From contig JBODTK010000119.1 of the NCBI GenBank assembly GCA_050613775.1, positions 1 to 64,000 on the forward strand: a stretch of 64,000 nt of DNA, in the 5' to 3' direction. Origin of the DNA: Neocallimastix sp. 'constans'. Taxonomy: Eukaryota. The notes under the pieces were generated by a model. That model made no database searches. It saw nothing but the letters and a program-made list of their open reading frames with translations, and was not told the DNA's origin. The position numbers and the translations under genes are program-made. Below are positions 21,101 through 34,515 of the stretch, one piece after another (position 1 is the first letter of the stretch; the number at the start of each line of letters is the position of its first letter).

Positions 21101-22803
21101 AATGAGTTGATACTTTAATTATGCATGTAAAAGATTATATTTAAATAATCTATAAAAAAAATTTTTTTTAATTATATACATAAAATTTATTCATTCGTAT
21201 ATAATAATAATAAATAGAAGAATAGAAAATAAAAGAATAAAAATTAAATAAAATAAACTTCATTAAAAGTTTTTTTTTTTTAATATATAAATAATACTTT
21301 TTTTTTTATAAATAAAAATCGTTTACTATTAATATTTAAAAATAAATGTTAAATATCTATACTAATATAGCCCATAATCCATAAAAGCACAATTTCATAA
21401 ATATATAAGATATTCATTAGAAGTTTTTTTTTTTGATGACCATGCCATTCAAATAATATTCAATTTTATAATTATATATATTCATATGATATTATGGAGT
21501 TTTTTTTTTCTGCATTATTTAATTGATATGGAATTATATATTTTTCAATTGAGATAATAAATATTTGTTATAATATAATTTATTAGATATATATAAATTT
21601 ACGATTATAAACCAATAATAATAATAATAATAATAATAATAATTACTATTATTAATTATTATTATTATGAATAATGATAATGATGGTTTCCTTTTTTAAG
21701 AAAAAATAGTTATCAAAAAGAGTTTAAGTTATTATTAAAAACTTATACTATATTTGAATAGGTAATTAATAAATAATAAAATATTATTCAATTTTGTAAT
21801 ATGTGAAATTATTAATTACCTATTCAAACAGAGTAATATTTATTATTTATTAATTCATATAATCAGTTCACCTTTCATATTGTAATATTATATTAAAATA
21901 TATATACAATGTTTTTTTTTTAAAATTATTTATTTTTATTAATAAAATTAAATAATATATATTGATATATGAATAATTTTACAAAATATTATTTATAACA
22001 AATAAGGGGAAGGAAATCAATACTTCAAATATATTTTAATATTTTATAATAAAAATAAACAAATAAATATATATATATAATAATTTTGATAAATAATTAG
22101 AAATTGTAAATGTTTATAAATAATAAATGATATTTACAATTATAATATTATAGATAATAAATTATAATATTCTAAATTTCTTTTAATATTTTGATTCTCT
22201 TTTTCTTAAAAAAAAAAATTGTATTTTTAATTTTAAATTTAATTTATTTTGAATAATAGTTATACAATATTATTTTTTATTAATAAAAATTGCAAATGAA
22301 ATTTGTAACACAAAATAATTAATTTATAATAATAAGTATTAAATCAATTTATTTAGAGTTTTAATTTATTATAAAATTAATAAAATATATTTCTTATATA
22401 TAACAGCCATGATAATAATATATGTAAATGGTGACTAAATGATTAAAAGAAATGTATAGTTTTTTTTTTAATTAATGTATTAAAAAATTTTTTTTTTTAA
22501 AAAAAAAATAGAATAATAAAAGAAAAAGAAAAAAAGTCAATTCTTTGAAATTTTATATATAAGGGTTAAAAAAGTTTTTACTTTTTTTTTTTTAAATTAA
22601 AAAAATAAAAAAGTTAAAAAAAAAGAAAAAAAAATAAATTGTTATTGATTAATTATTTATTTTTTTTCTAAAAATTGTCAAATAAAAATAAATATAAAAA
22701 TATATAAAAAGCAACTTATATATAAATATTATCGCATTTTATTTATTTATTTTTTTTTGGATATTCACAACTTTAAATAATATATTAGATATATTAAAAA
22801 AAA

Positions 22804-24667
22804 ATGAAATTAATTAATTCAATTGCTTTATTAGCTTGCTCTTTTGCATTTGTATATGCTAGCGGAGGTGAAGCTGACAATGAAATGACTTTCTATGGTT
22901 GTCCAGAAGAATGTTCAGCTCAAAGACGTCCATCATGTCCACAATTTGATGATGATAATCTTCCATCACACTTTGCTGCATTAGTAAGTGTTTATAGAAT
23001 ATAATGGAATTATTATTATTATTATTTTATATTTTTAAGGCATTTTATGTTTAATAATATATATAATATTTTTTTTATAAAACAATTAAATTTAAATTGA
23101 ATAAATTGAAATTAAACAAAAAAGAGTACAAAGTTATCTAATTACGAAGAATATTGTGGTCATTATGCAGTTTATATGTTGGCTGATGGTAGCAGATCAG
23201 ATAAATTAGGCATGTATAAATGATTAAAAAATATTAAATTAATTATTATTGCTTTCTTCATTATTATAGAATATATTAAAAAATAATAAATATTAATCTA
23301 ATAATTTTAATTGACATAAATTTAATTATCGAAATTATACAGCTAGAGCTGTTGTTGTTGACTCATGTAGTTCATGCTCTGAATATCACCTTGATTTATC
23401 TAAAACTGCATTTGGAGAACTTCGAGAACATAGTAAAGGTACTGGTAAGATTATTTGGGGTATTTATTCAAAAAAAGGTGAAAGATTAGCTGGTCCATTC
23501 TATAATAGTGTTAGTGGTAGTGCAAAGCAAAATAATTTGTCTAAAGATTCTTTCGTTTCTGCATTTGATGCTAATGCAAAAAGTTTAGCTTCTAGTAGTC
23601 ATAATTCTGCTAAATTCTCAACTTCTGGTAAAATTAGTGATTATTTTGATGATGAAATCAAAGAAAAGAAAACTACTTCTTATAAAGCTAAATCAACTAC
23701 TAGAAAAATACCTAATTACGTAACTAAGAAAACCACAAAGGATCTTCCAACTGTTCGTAAAACAAAAACTCTTCCAGCTTATTCTGGTACATCCAATCGT
23801 TCAGGTTACTCCGGTTCTTCCGGTAACTCTGGATATTATGGTAACATTAACAGTAAAAGAATCCCATCTGGATATTCCAACAATGCTAAATCTATACCAT
23901 CTGCTAATCAAGGTTACTTCAGCAATTCTAAGACTTTACCAGCAAAAGCAGGTTTAAACAGTAATGCTAAAACTTTACCTTTAAATGGATTCAATATTGG
24001 CACTAATTCAAAGACTTTACCAGCTAAGGCCGGTTTAATTAATAATGCTAAAACTCTACCTGCATTTGGAAACAATAATGGTATACCAGCTAAAACTCTA
24101 CCTGCATTTGGAAACAATAATGGTATACCAGCTAAAACTCTACCTGCATTTGGAAATAACAATGATATACCAGCTAAAACTTTACCAAATATTGAACAAG
24201 CTACAATTGCTCCAAATGCAGTTCCAACATTATCCACCGTTCAAAATGAAAATAAGGAAAATGAAAATAAGGAAAAGGAAGATAAGGAAAATGAAAATAA
24301 ATTAGGTACTACTATTGGTATTCTTGCTATAAGTGGTGGTGCTATTGGAGCAGCTGGTGCTGGTTTATTCTTATTGAAGAAAAAGAGTCCAAGTACTTAT
24401 GAAGGCATAAAACAAAAGTTCCCAGATGCCTTCGCAACTGTAAAGAGAAGTTTATCTCGTAAAAGTAATTATGATAGAAGTTTACCTCGTGTAAATAATA
24501 ATGAAAGAAATGAAGAAAGAACCCGCTTTATCAATGAAGATAGATATCGTAATGAAAATAATTATCATAGTGAAGGTAGATATCATTATGATGGTAGATA
24601 TCATTATGATAATAGGTATATTAATGATGATGGATATTGTGAGGAAGATGGTAGATACTATGTATAA
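22804..24667 (+). CDS. Paralog 1: type-I membrane protein with loosenin/expansin-like DPBB domain; exons 22804-22983, 23125-23209, 23343-24667
   Basis: Signal peptide; EMTFYGCPEEC...PSC...FAAL|S...YCG...|ARAVVVDSCSSC..YHLDLSKTAF...G...IIWG (DPBB/RlpA-like pattern); KTLP-repeat stalk; TM GTTIGILAISGGAIGAAGAGLFLL; tail KKKSPSTYE...YYV*. Confidence 0.85.
24047..24187 (+). repeat. 42-bp coding tandem repeat (AKTLPAFGNNNGIP x3 plus partial) in the paralog 1 stalk
   Basis: Three near-identical units of gctaaaactctacctgcatttggaaacaataatggtatacca. Confidence 0.92.
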
Positions 24668-24986
24668 ATTAGCTAAACCATGTAAAATAATAATATAACA
24701 AAAAATTTAATATTTATTTTTTAATTTTATTATTATTGAAAAAAAATAATATCTATATTATATTATATTTATAAATATTTATATCATAATATTTTAATAT
24801 TTAGTATAATTAAGTTGTTATAATTTTATTTTATTAAATACTTTTAATGTAGAGATAAAATAAAATATAGCATTTTCCAAATTTCAAAAATTTTTTTTTA
24901 AAAAAAAAAAAGTATTTATCAAACTTGTTTTAATATATTAATAATAATATATTAAAAAAAAATCTAGTTTAAAAGAAAATCATAAT

Positions 24987-25036
<50 letters not shown>

Positions 25037-25474
25037 GAAAAAATTCCAAAAGCAGAAAATAATATAAAAATGATAATATAAAAAGATATATATCATTTTA
25101 TATCTTATAATAGTTATTAAATGAAGTAGTACTTTATCATATTTCACTGTTTTTTATTAAATTTTTTTTATAAATTATTATATTTAATTTATATTAAAAT
25201 TTAATAGCTTTTTTTTTTCTTTTTATTATTATTTTAAATTAGAATTTAGAAGATAAATATTAATAATGACAAATCTTAACAGAGAAAAAAATCATGGAAA
25301 ATAATTTGAAATCTTAATAATAGTTTTGATAATTATTATTAATTTTATATTCGAAAAAAAAAAAAAAAGTTATCAAAAATGAATTCATTATACTACATTT
25401 ATATTTAATGTATTATGTATAATTATATATTTATTTAATTTTTTTTTTTTTATTTATTATTATTTTTTATTTTG

Positions 25475-25505
<31 letters not shown>

Positions 25506-25586
25506 TAATAATAAATAAGTAAATAATTAAAAATATATTCTTATAAAAATATATTAAAGTAAAGGTATTTATTAAAGATTAAAAAC

Positions 25587-25619
<33 letters not shown>

Positions 25620-25717
25620 CTTGTAAATCCGAAAAAGTCCAAAATAATTTAATCAAAAATTAATCCAAAAAAAGAAAATAAATAATTAAATAAAAGTTAT
25701 TTAATAAAATATATATA

Positions 25718-25763
<46 letters not shown>

Positions 25764-25976
25764 TCTTTTTTTGTTTCTGTTTCTTTTTTTTTTTTTTTTT
25801 TTTTTTTGAATATTTATTTTTGTTTTTTCACTATAAATAGTGCATTAATCGAATGGTCTAATAAATTTTCCATTGGTACAATCAGATATACGAGACACAA
25901 TGAATGGGATATAAATCAAGACATCAGTATAATTTCTGAAAAGGCATTCTCTCTTTCTTCTTTATGAGTAAACGCC

Positions 25977-26525
25977 TGTTAGTAATAGTATTGAAAATAA
26001 TGTGTATATTGATTTTAGTGTGTGTGAAAAAGTGTTTAATTTCCTTCTTGGAGGTCGAAGTATTAATAACAGTACAAGGGAATGGGAGGATCTATTTAAG
26101 TGCCAGATGAAATCAGGTGCTTATTCTGATACTCCGTTCTTAGTGGTTACTGCGGCACTTCCCCAATCGATTATACATATTGCTATTGTTCAATAGGTTC
26201 AAATCGAATCGTACTACTACTACCAAGAGCGTCAATGCTGAAGAAACAGTAAGACAGGCCAGCATGGCTAGCGCAACCAATGAAGATCATAATTTTGTAT
26301 CATGATTAGCATTGCGAAGTCAAAATTAATTATTATACTTCAGTATAATAATGCCCTTGTGAAGTCTTACAAATATTAATTAAATGAAACTAGAATATAT
26401 TATACCATTATTTTATTTTCTTTTGTGTTTTATTTTTTGTTTATTTTTTTATCTTTTTTTTTATTATTTTATTACATGTATTTTATCAAATATTTAATTA
26501 ATAAAGATGAAACAAGTTTGCTGCC

Positions 26526-26563
<38 letters not shown>
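25977..26563 (+). mobile_element. 5'-truncated non-LTR retrotransposon 3' end (GCTGCCGTTA-tail family) with 13-bp TSD
   Basis: Ends gaaacaagtttgctgccgtt-polyA. Flanked by atgagtaaacgcc at 25964-25976 and 26564-26576. Near-identical to 40099-40577. Confidence 0.9.
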
Positions 26564-26566
<3 letters not shown>

Positions 26567-26860
26567 AGTAAACGCCATGCTTGGTGCGATCTGAGACTTT
26601 CTTAAAAGAAATTATGCCTCGGGCTAGTACTAGACAAGGGTTACTATTCCGACGGCACAAGCGCAAACTAACCAGGAACATCAATGCTGAGAATGTTGTA
26701 AGACAGGCCAGCAGTACCAATGTCTATGAAGGAGAAGACCATAATATCTTTCAGATAGTCAATTCAAACCCTAATTCCGAATAAGTAATCTAGAGGTGAG
26801 GTTCTTTACATATGAACTTTTTGAGAGATTTATCAAAAACACTTTCATTACCAAGAGTGC

Positions 26861-28344
26861 TTTGTTAAACCGATAAACTATGAAGATCCATCTTTCTTTA
26901 TTGGTAGTAACAAATTACCTAAAACTGACAACTATACTTATCTTGGTATTCCTTTTGATGAATCTTTATCACTGAAACCTATACAATCCAAATTAAACAG
27001 TAATTTAAATGTCAAATTAAATTTGTACTTTCGATTTCTTATTAATAAATCTGTTCCTCTCCCATTGAAGAAATATGTTTTAATTTCGTTTATTCTTAGT
27101 CTTGTTATATATTATGCTCCTCTCTTTGGTTCAAATAAGAGCAGACGTTCTAAAGCTCAAAAAATTATTAATAGAATACTTTATTGGAGTTATGGATTTA
27201 AATCTCGCAATTCTTCTGTTAGTCTCTATGATATTACTCGTGAATTAAGAATACCTCCTCTTTCAGCTATCTGTGCAATATCTCAATTACGATGCTTTAA
27301 AAAATGGAAAAATTCATCATGTATTATTAATCATCCCACTAATAATATTCCTACTATGTCACATTACTCATGGACTAAAGAATCAAGGACTTTGGATAAG
27401 AAATTAATTGGTAAAAAAACAAATGAAATGAAAAAAGTTTTATTGGGAAAGGGATGTCTTCAAACCCTCAAAAGTTAAAAAAAGCAATTATTTACAAGGA
27501 GAATGATTTTGGATTTATTTCAGAAATCAGAAACTTAACATTTCAATATCCTAAGTATCAATTGGGATTCTTTTGGATTTCTCGAATTAGATGTGATTTT
27601 AAATTTGACATTAGTATTTCCATTAAAAGAAAAATAGTCTCAGAAGATTGCCCTAAATGTTGCCCTTGTTGTGGTGTTAGTGTACCTAGATTTTCTCACT
27701 GGATCTTTGCTTGTAAAGAATTGGAAAATTACAGAAATAAATCTTTACCTTTTCTAGATGATCTCTTTTTGAAGTTTGCAATGATAATTGAACAAAAATC
27801 CATGGATGTTTCTTTAGATTCAGAAAAGGATTATGATAATAATATTTATTATTATATATTGAGTGCACTTCTTGGTGGGCGTTCAATGTATTCAAAAATT
27901 AAAGTTAATGATGGGGAACAAAGACAATTAGTTGACAATATTTTTAAACAAAGTTCAACTTCGTCGACTGTTCTGTATTTCGTGGGGATTGCGGAGTTTC
28001 TAACAAACGTAATATCATTAATTTGTCGATCATTAGTTTGATGATGAAATGGTATTCCGTTGAATCTACCGTTACCAAGAGCGTCGACGTCGAAATGATA
28101 AGGCATGGATTTTCACCTCCAGATACAGATTCGATTGATAACACTAATACTGAAATTATTACTCGCAATAATGGACGTAGTGTTATTATCGAGGAATGGG
28201 AAAAGTTAGAGGCTATTGCTTCTAACGCACTTTTATATTTTTATAATATATAATATTTTATTTCATGTATTTTATTTGTTATTTTTTCATTTAATTTCAT
28301 GTAATTTTATTATTATTATAAATTAAATAAAGTTATTCTCTAAG

Positions 28345-28389
<45 letters not shown>
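26861..28389 (+). mobile_element. 5'-truncated LINE (end of RT, C-terminal CCHC zinc knuckle, 3'UTR, polyA) with 14-bp TSD
   Basis: YTYLGIPF (end of RT), CPCCGVSVPRFSHWIFAC (C-x2-C-x8-H-x4-C), frameshifted, polyA tail. TSD attaccaagagtgc at 26847-26860 and 28390-28403. Confidence 0.9.
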
Positions 28390-28392
<3 letters not shown>

Positions 28393-28403
28393 ACCAAGAG
28401 TGC

Positions 28404-29240
28404 CGATATAGCGAAGAAATAGTGCAGTTGGTAGTCCTATTAATTCTCATCAATGCATATTTACTAGCAGTACCGTTCCGAACACAGAATTTATAGTAAG
28501 TAATTCAATTTTTGATGATCTTTTGTGTGGTTCAAGGGAGAGTTTAGTGGGTATCATACTATCTTTTTTAAAGATGTTACTTCTTTGTTTTATTATTTTA
28601 GATTTAACTGTTGGTCATGTTACTACACATAATGTAAATCACACTGAAAATTTTTTAACTATTGACCTTATTTTTATTCTTTATTACATTAAATTTTTGT
28701 ATGATTAATTAAAACTTTTTTTTTTTTTTTTTTAATTTTTATTATTTTTTGTTTTACTTAACCTTTTACATATGTCTTATTTTTATCTTTAAATTATATA
28801 ATATATATATATTTTTTTAAAAAATGTAATACATAAAAATATAATCATCTATTTAATAACGCACTGGAAGTGTAATCTTTTCCTAGTCCAAAAAAAAAAA
28901 AAATAAACTTCTTTTAGATAGTCAATTCAAACCCTTATCTTGAAAAAGAATTCCTTTTAAAACAGAAATCTTATAATCTTGGAGGTAAGGTTCGTTACAT
29001 ATGAAATTTTTTGCTGAATTTATTTATACACTTTATTTTGAATATTACTTTTTATTTCACATTACTATTCTAAATATTACTATATTCTTATTAGACTAAT
29101 AATATTATTTTTATTAATTCTGTGTTTTTTTTATTTTATTTTATTATTATTATTTTTTTTTTTTATAATAAAAAATATTCATGTAATTAATAAATGAATA
29201 ATTAATGTTAAAGTTTGTAATAATTGCGGCTATAAAATTT
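28404..29240 (+). mobile_element. Older decayed LINE 3' remnants
   Basis: ESLVGIILSFLKMLLL resembles the end of the ORF at 47183-47974. 28910-29240 matches the 3'UTR ending taattgcggcta seen at 40921 and 41651. Confidence 0.7.
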
Positions 29241-31829
29241 ATCTAATACTATTAGACTTATCGTAGAAACTATAAGTCAAAAAAAAAATTCTGATAAATA
29301 TTCGAATAATAATTTTTATCCTCATTGAGTTATCATCAATGAATGAGAAGAGTTAGAGATCCTATCTTCCTCGAAACTCATAAAGTAGTTTTTTATTTAT
29401 TTATTTTTTTATTTATTTATTTATTCATTTATTTATTCATTTATTTATTCATTTATTTATTAATTAATTTAATTCACATATATATTAAATATTAATAAAT
29501 AAAGTTAATTCTTAGTAAAAATAAATAAATAAATAAAATAGCTGAAAATATATTAACATAAAATTTAAACGAATTCATTAGATGATGTTTATATCTCAAC
29601 AAAGGTAATCAATCATTTATCCATTGGATTATTTGTTAATGTTCTACTTAGAATTTATTCCAATTAGTATAGTGGATGATCCTACTAACATTATACCAAT
29701 GATTAGTAGCTTCTCTTCAATTAACTTTATGAATGGTATAGTAAAAACAAAAACAAAAACAAAAAAAAAAAAAAAAAAGCATTCACAACCGAAAGAGTCT
29801 AACGTCCAACCAATATAGTAATTAAGGACTTCTATCATTAATCTTTCAAAATTCATCTAACACAAATAGTAATAATCATTCTTCACACAACGAATTTTTG
29901 GAAATTGAATCTCCTAATAATATTTCTCTTAGTTTGAGGGAGAGCTTAACATACATCACACTATCTACATTTTATATTAAATTATATATTTAACTTCCTG
30001 ATTGTTAATTTATTCATTTATTTAGTTAGTTAGTTCGTTAATTATTTAGTTATTTATTCAGTTAAGCATTTATTTATGAATCATTAATTTTATTAATAAT
30101 AAATTATTTAATAGTTAACAAAAAATAATTAATATTTGAACATTTTTTTATAATATAAAATATACCTAAAAATCATTTTTAAATATTTTTTTAATATTTA
30201 AAAAGGTTTATTTAAAAACAAAATATACAAATATTTAGGTTAGAAGAATCAAACGTAAATTTATAATTATGGCTGATATTAAGATCAAATGTTATATAGG
30301 AAATTACATTACAACATATATATATTTATATTCAAATTATTTGTTATTAAAATCAAATAAAAAAGAATTGAGATAATTGGAATTATTTAGAATTATTTCA
30401 AGGACTAATAATTACTTATGAAGTATTAATTAATAAAATAGTTTATTTTATTAATAAATAACATAATAAAAATAAAAAAAAAAATAAAAAAAAAAGGTAA
30501 TATTATTTATATTAAGATATATCTGTATCAAAAAGGGGATATAAATGGTAATAGTGTTAGCATTGATAATAATACTTTATTAACAATTATTTATACATAA
30601 TAATCTAAAATTTATAAATCTTGATTGATAATCACATGAAATAATTATATAAATTTGAAAATAACATAACAAAAAGAAACATGATATAGAATAATATAAT
30701 AAAATATATTTATGTTTTGACATAAATTTATTGTTAGTAATTATATGTAAATATGAAATTCAATATATAAAAATAGGTGTACTTTATTTTAATCATTACT
30801 TTTTTTTTTTTTTTACTTTATAAAGCTCAATAAATAAGTGATAAAATATCTCCCTAAATGAAAATTAAAAACCAAGTTACGTTGAGTCATAATCTAAAAA
30901 ATATATATATATCTATAATGTATATTAAAAAATTTTAGATATTTAAAATAAAAAAAAAAAAAAAAAATTTTTAATATATATTAAATAGAACTATTAATAA
31001 TTTTATGATAACACTAATATAAAAAAAAAAAAAAGGTGAATCAATTAATGCAATAATATTTTTTTAATATTAAAAAATTAAAAGGATATTTGTGGTAAAT
31101 AATAAGAAAAAATAAGAAAAAATAATAATAATAATAATTAATACTGTATGAAATAATTAAAAATTTTTAATTATTTCATACAGTATTAATTATTATTATT
31201 TTTTTTTTTTTTAATTTTAATTAATTTAAAAAAAAAAAAATAAATAAATAAATAAATAAATAATTCTAATAATTATAGATTTTTTTGAATAAAAAAAAAG
31301 TTTTGAAAATTATGTTTGGTTTTTGGTTATTTTTAAGTATAATTTTAATAGGATAAAAATATTATGAATTAAAGTTTATTATGTAACCTTTTTTTTTACT
31401 GTACAATTGAAAAAAAATAATAATCATTAAAAATAAAATAATAATAAAATACTAATTAAATTTGTAATAATAAATCTAGTACTAAAAGAATATATATATT
31501 GAAATATGTTTATAATATATATAATTTTTTTTGTTTTTTTATAAATTTATTTTAAATATAATTTTTTCATTAAGGTAGTTTTCAAACTTGTTAATTAAAA
31601 AAATTAAAAAAAAAAAAAAAAAAAAAATGAAAATAAAAAAAAAAAAAAATTAATTAATAAATATTAAAAATAAAATAATAATAAAATAAATTAAAGTAAG
31701 AATAATATATTAAATTTAAATATTATAATATTATAATATTATTTTATTTTAAAAATTCAATAAAAAAAGTATTAGTAATAATAAACAATAAGCTGTTAAA
31801 TAAAATATTAAATATTTTAAAAATTTAAA

Positions 31830-33254
31830 ATGAAATTATTAAAAGCAATTACTTTATTAACTTTCACTATTGCTTCAGTATATGCAGATTGAGGTGACAT
31901 TAATTATGAAATTACCCACTACGGTTGTCCAGATGATTGCACAGGTCAAGTAGGACCATCTTGTCCAAAATATGATGATAATAATCTTCCATCTCACTTT
32001 GCTGCTTTGGTAAGTCAATAATAATATAATAATATAACATATATAAGAAAAAAATATATTTTTTTTTTAATAAGAAAAAATGAATATATTTAATTTTAAA
32101 TTTAAATATATATATATTTTTTTATAATAGTAAATAAAATTTTTATAATAATAAATAAAATTTTTATAATAATATATCTAATACAAATTATATTTTATCT
32201 CTCTTTCTCTTTCCCCTTCTTTTTTATTTTATATGAAAAGAGTACTAAATTATCTGGCTATGATGACTACTGTGGTAATTACGCTGTTTATATGATGACT
32301 GATGGTAGTAATATCAAGACTATTGGTATGTATTTGAATAATTTTTAATTATTTGTTAAATTTAGTTAAATTAATAATCAAATATCCAAATGATTATTTC
32401 GTATTTTAATAAAAATTTTATTATTTATTAATTAATAACTAATAGCAAAGGCTACTGTAGTTGATTCTTGCAGTTCATGTGCTAAATATCATCTTGATTT
32501 ATCAGAAGAAACTTTCAAAGAAGTTCGCGAAAAAAGTAAAGGTACAGGTAAAATTATTTGGGGTATTTACTCAAAGAGTGAAAGTAGATTAGCTGGTCCA
32601 TTCTACAATAGCGTTGATGGATCTGCTAAGAAGCTCGGTATATCTTCTGATGCTTTCATTTCTGCTTTTGATGCAAATGCTAAAAGTTTAGCTTCAAGTA
32701 GTAGTAGTTCTAGAAGTTTTAATTCTTCTAGCTCTGGTTCTATCACTTCTACTACTACTACTACTATCACTGTCACTTCTACTATAACCGGTACTTCAAT
32801 TGCTACTAATGCGTTACAAACTGGTGTAGTCCCTAACAATTCAACTATTACAGTAAAACCTGGTGTTGCCTCTAACAATTCAACTATTATAGTAAAACCT
32901 GGTGTCGCCTCTAACAATTCAACTAATACTAATAAGTCTCCAAATCAAAATCAAAATCAAAATCAAACCAATAATAAAGTTGAACAAGCTATAAAAGAGA
33001 ATAATACTAACGATAGTAGTAGTTTAGGAACTACTATTGGTATTCTTGCTATTTGTGGAGGTTGTATCGGTGCCGCTGATGCAGGTTTACTTTTCATGAA
33101 AAAGAAGAACCCAAATACCTATGAAGGAATTACGCAAAAGTTCCCAGAAGCTTTTAATAATGTTAAAAGAGGTTTATCTCGTAAAGCTAAATCAATTAAA
33201 GGAAGAGTTACTATAAAGGTTCCAGAACCATCTCCTGATGAAATTAACGTTTAA
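31830..33254 (+). pseudogene. Paralog 2 of the DPBB membrane-protein array; in-frame TGA at codon 21; exons 31830-32009, 32241-32325, 32446-33254
   Basis: Same exon structure and motifs as the other copies. TGA at 31890-31892 where paralogs have Gly; TFY changed to THY; Asp inside the TM helix (GAADAG, 33078-33080). Exon 3 is still open and ends DEINV*. Confidence 0.8.
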
Positions 33255-33771
33255 ATTTAACTAATATTATTAAAGGAAAAAAAAATTTTTTTTTTCTAAA
33301 AATTTAATTCAGTTACTAGTAAATAATTATATAATACAGTTTTTTTAAAAAAAATTAAAAATTCACCTTTTTTCTATATATATATATATATATATATATT
33401 ATTATTATTATTATTAAAGATGAATTTGATTAAGGTATACAACAATAAGATACTTATTTATATAATAATAAAAAAATATCTTTTTCCTTTTCAATATTTA
33501 TATAATTCTTTTTATGCAATTAATTTATATTTATAATTAAAAAAGAAATATTTAATTTAAATATACCAATACTATATAATAAAAATTTTATTTTAATTTT
33601 TATTATAAAAGTAATCTTATAATATATATATATATATTTGAAGATAATAATACCATATTTATAAAAAAAAAAAATAATGGTTAAATAATTAATGATTATT
33701 TAATAAAATATCAACATTTATTATATCATAATATATAGTAAATAATCAATATATATATTTTGTTAATATTA

Positions 33772-33809
<38 letters not shown>

Positions 33810-34224
33810 AGAAAAAAAAAAAAAAGAATAAAAGAAAGGAAAAAGATAAAAAAAATTTTTTTTCTTTTAGAAAAAGATTGATATTTATTAATTATTAATT
33901 TTTAAAGATAATAAAAATATATAATAATAGTAGTAATATTTATTTTCTTATGTCCATTTTAATTAGATGTTTTATATAATAATATATATAAAAAAAATAA
34001 AAAATTAAAAATAGAAAAAAAATTAAAAAAATTAAAATAAAAATAAATAAATTTTATTATAAAACACATTTAACAAAAAAAAAAAAATTTTTTTATAAAA
34101 TTTTAATATATTTTTCATATATATTTTTATTAAAAAATAATATTATTATTAATTTAATACCATTAAATCTTTAAAATTAAATATTATATTTTTACATGAA
34201 AAAAAAAATAATAATAATTAATTT

Positions 34225-34515
34225 TATGAAAGAATTAAATGTGGATTCAAATTCGATGTGAAGCCTTATGTAAAAAGCATACTGGTATCAGAAAATTGCT
34301 TATCATGTTATCCTTGTTGCGGTGTAAGTAATAGTATACCAAGTTTTACAACACTAGATACTTTTATGTCTAAATTTGAAGAATTTGGGCAACAATTCAT
34401 TACATTTATTAATAAAATTTTTATAAATTTTTCTTTAATTGTTCATGAAAAATTATTGAGCATTCCTGATGACAAAGAGGAGGGTTTTATTAGTATTAAA
34501 ATAAAAATATTTTGA
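34225..34515 (+). mobile_element. Decayed LINE C-terminal (zinc-knuckle) fragment
   Basis: RIKCGFKFDVKPYVKSILVSENCLSCYPCCG aligns by eye with 27585-27680. Confidence 0.75.

Noticed and set aside
23914..24305. Repetitive antisense and alternative-frame ORFs, also 32603-32917, 38088-38279 and 14166-14423
   Set aside because: Shadows of the real coding frames.
31890..31892. In-frame TGA as selenocysteine or alternative genetic code
   Set aside because: Aligns to Gly in paralogs, the copy has other damaging changes, and TGA terminates the 7TM gene normally.
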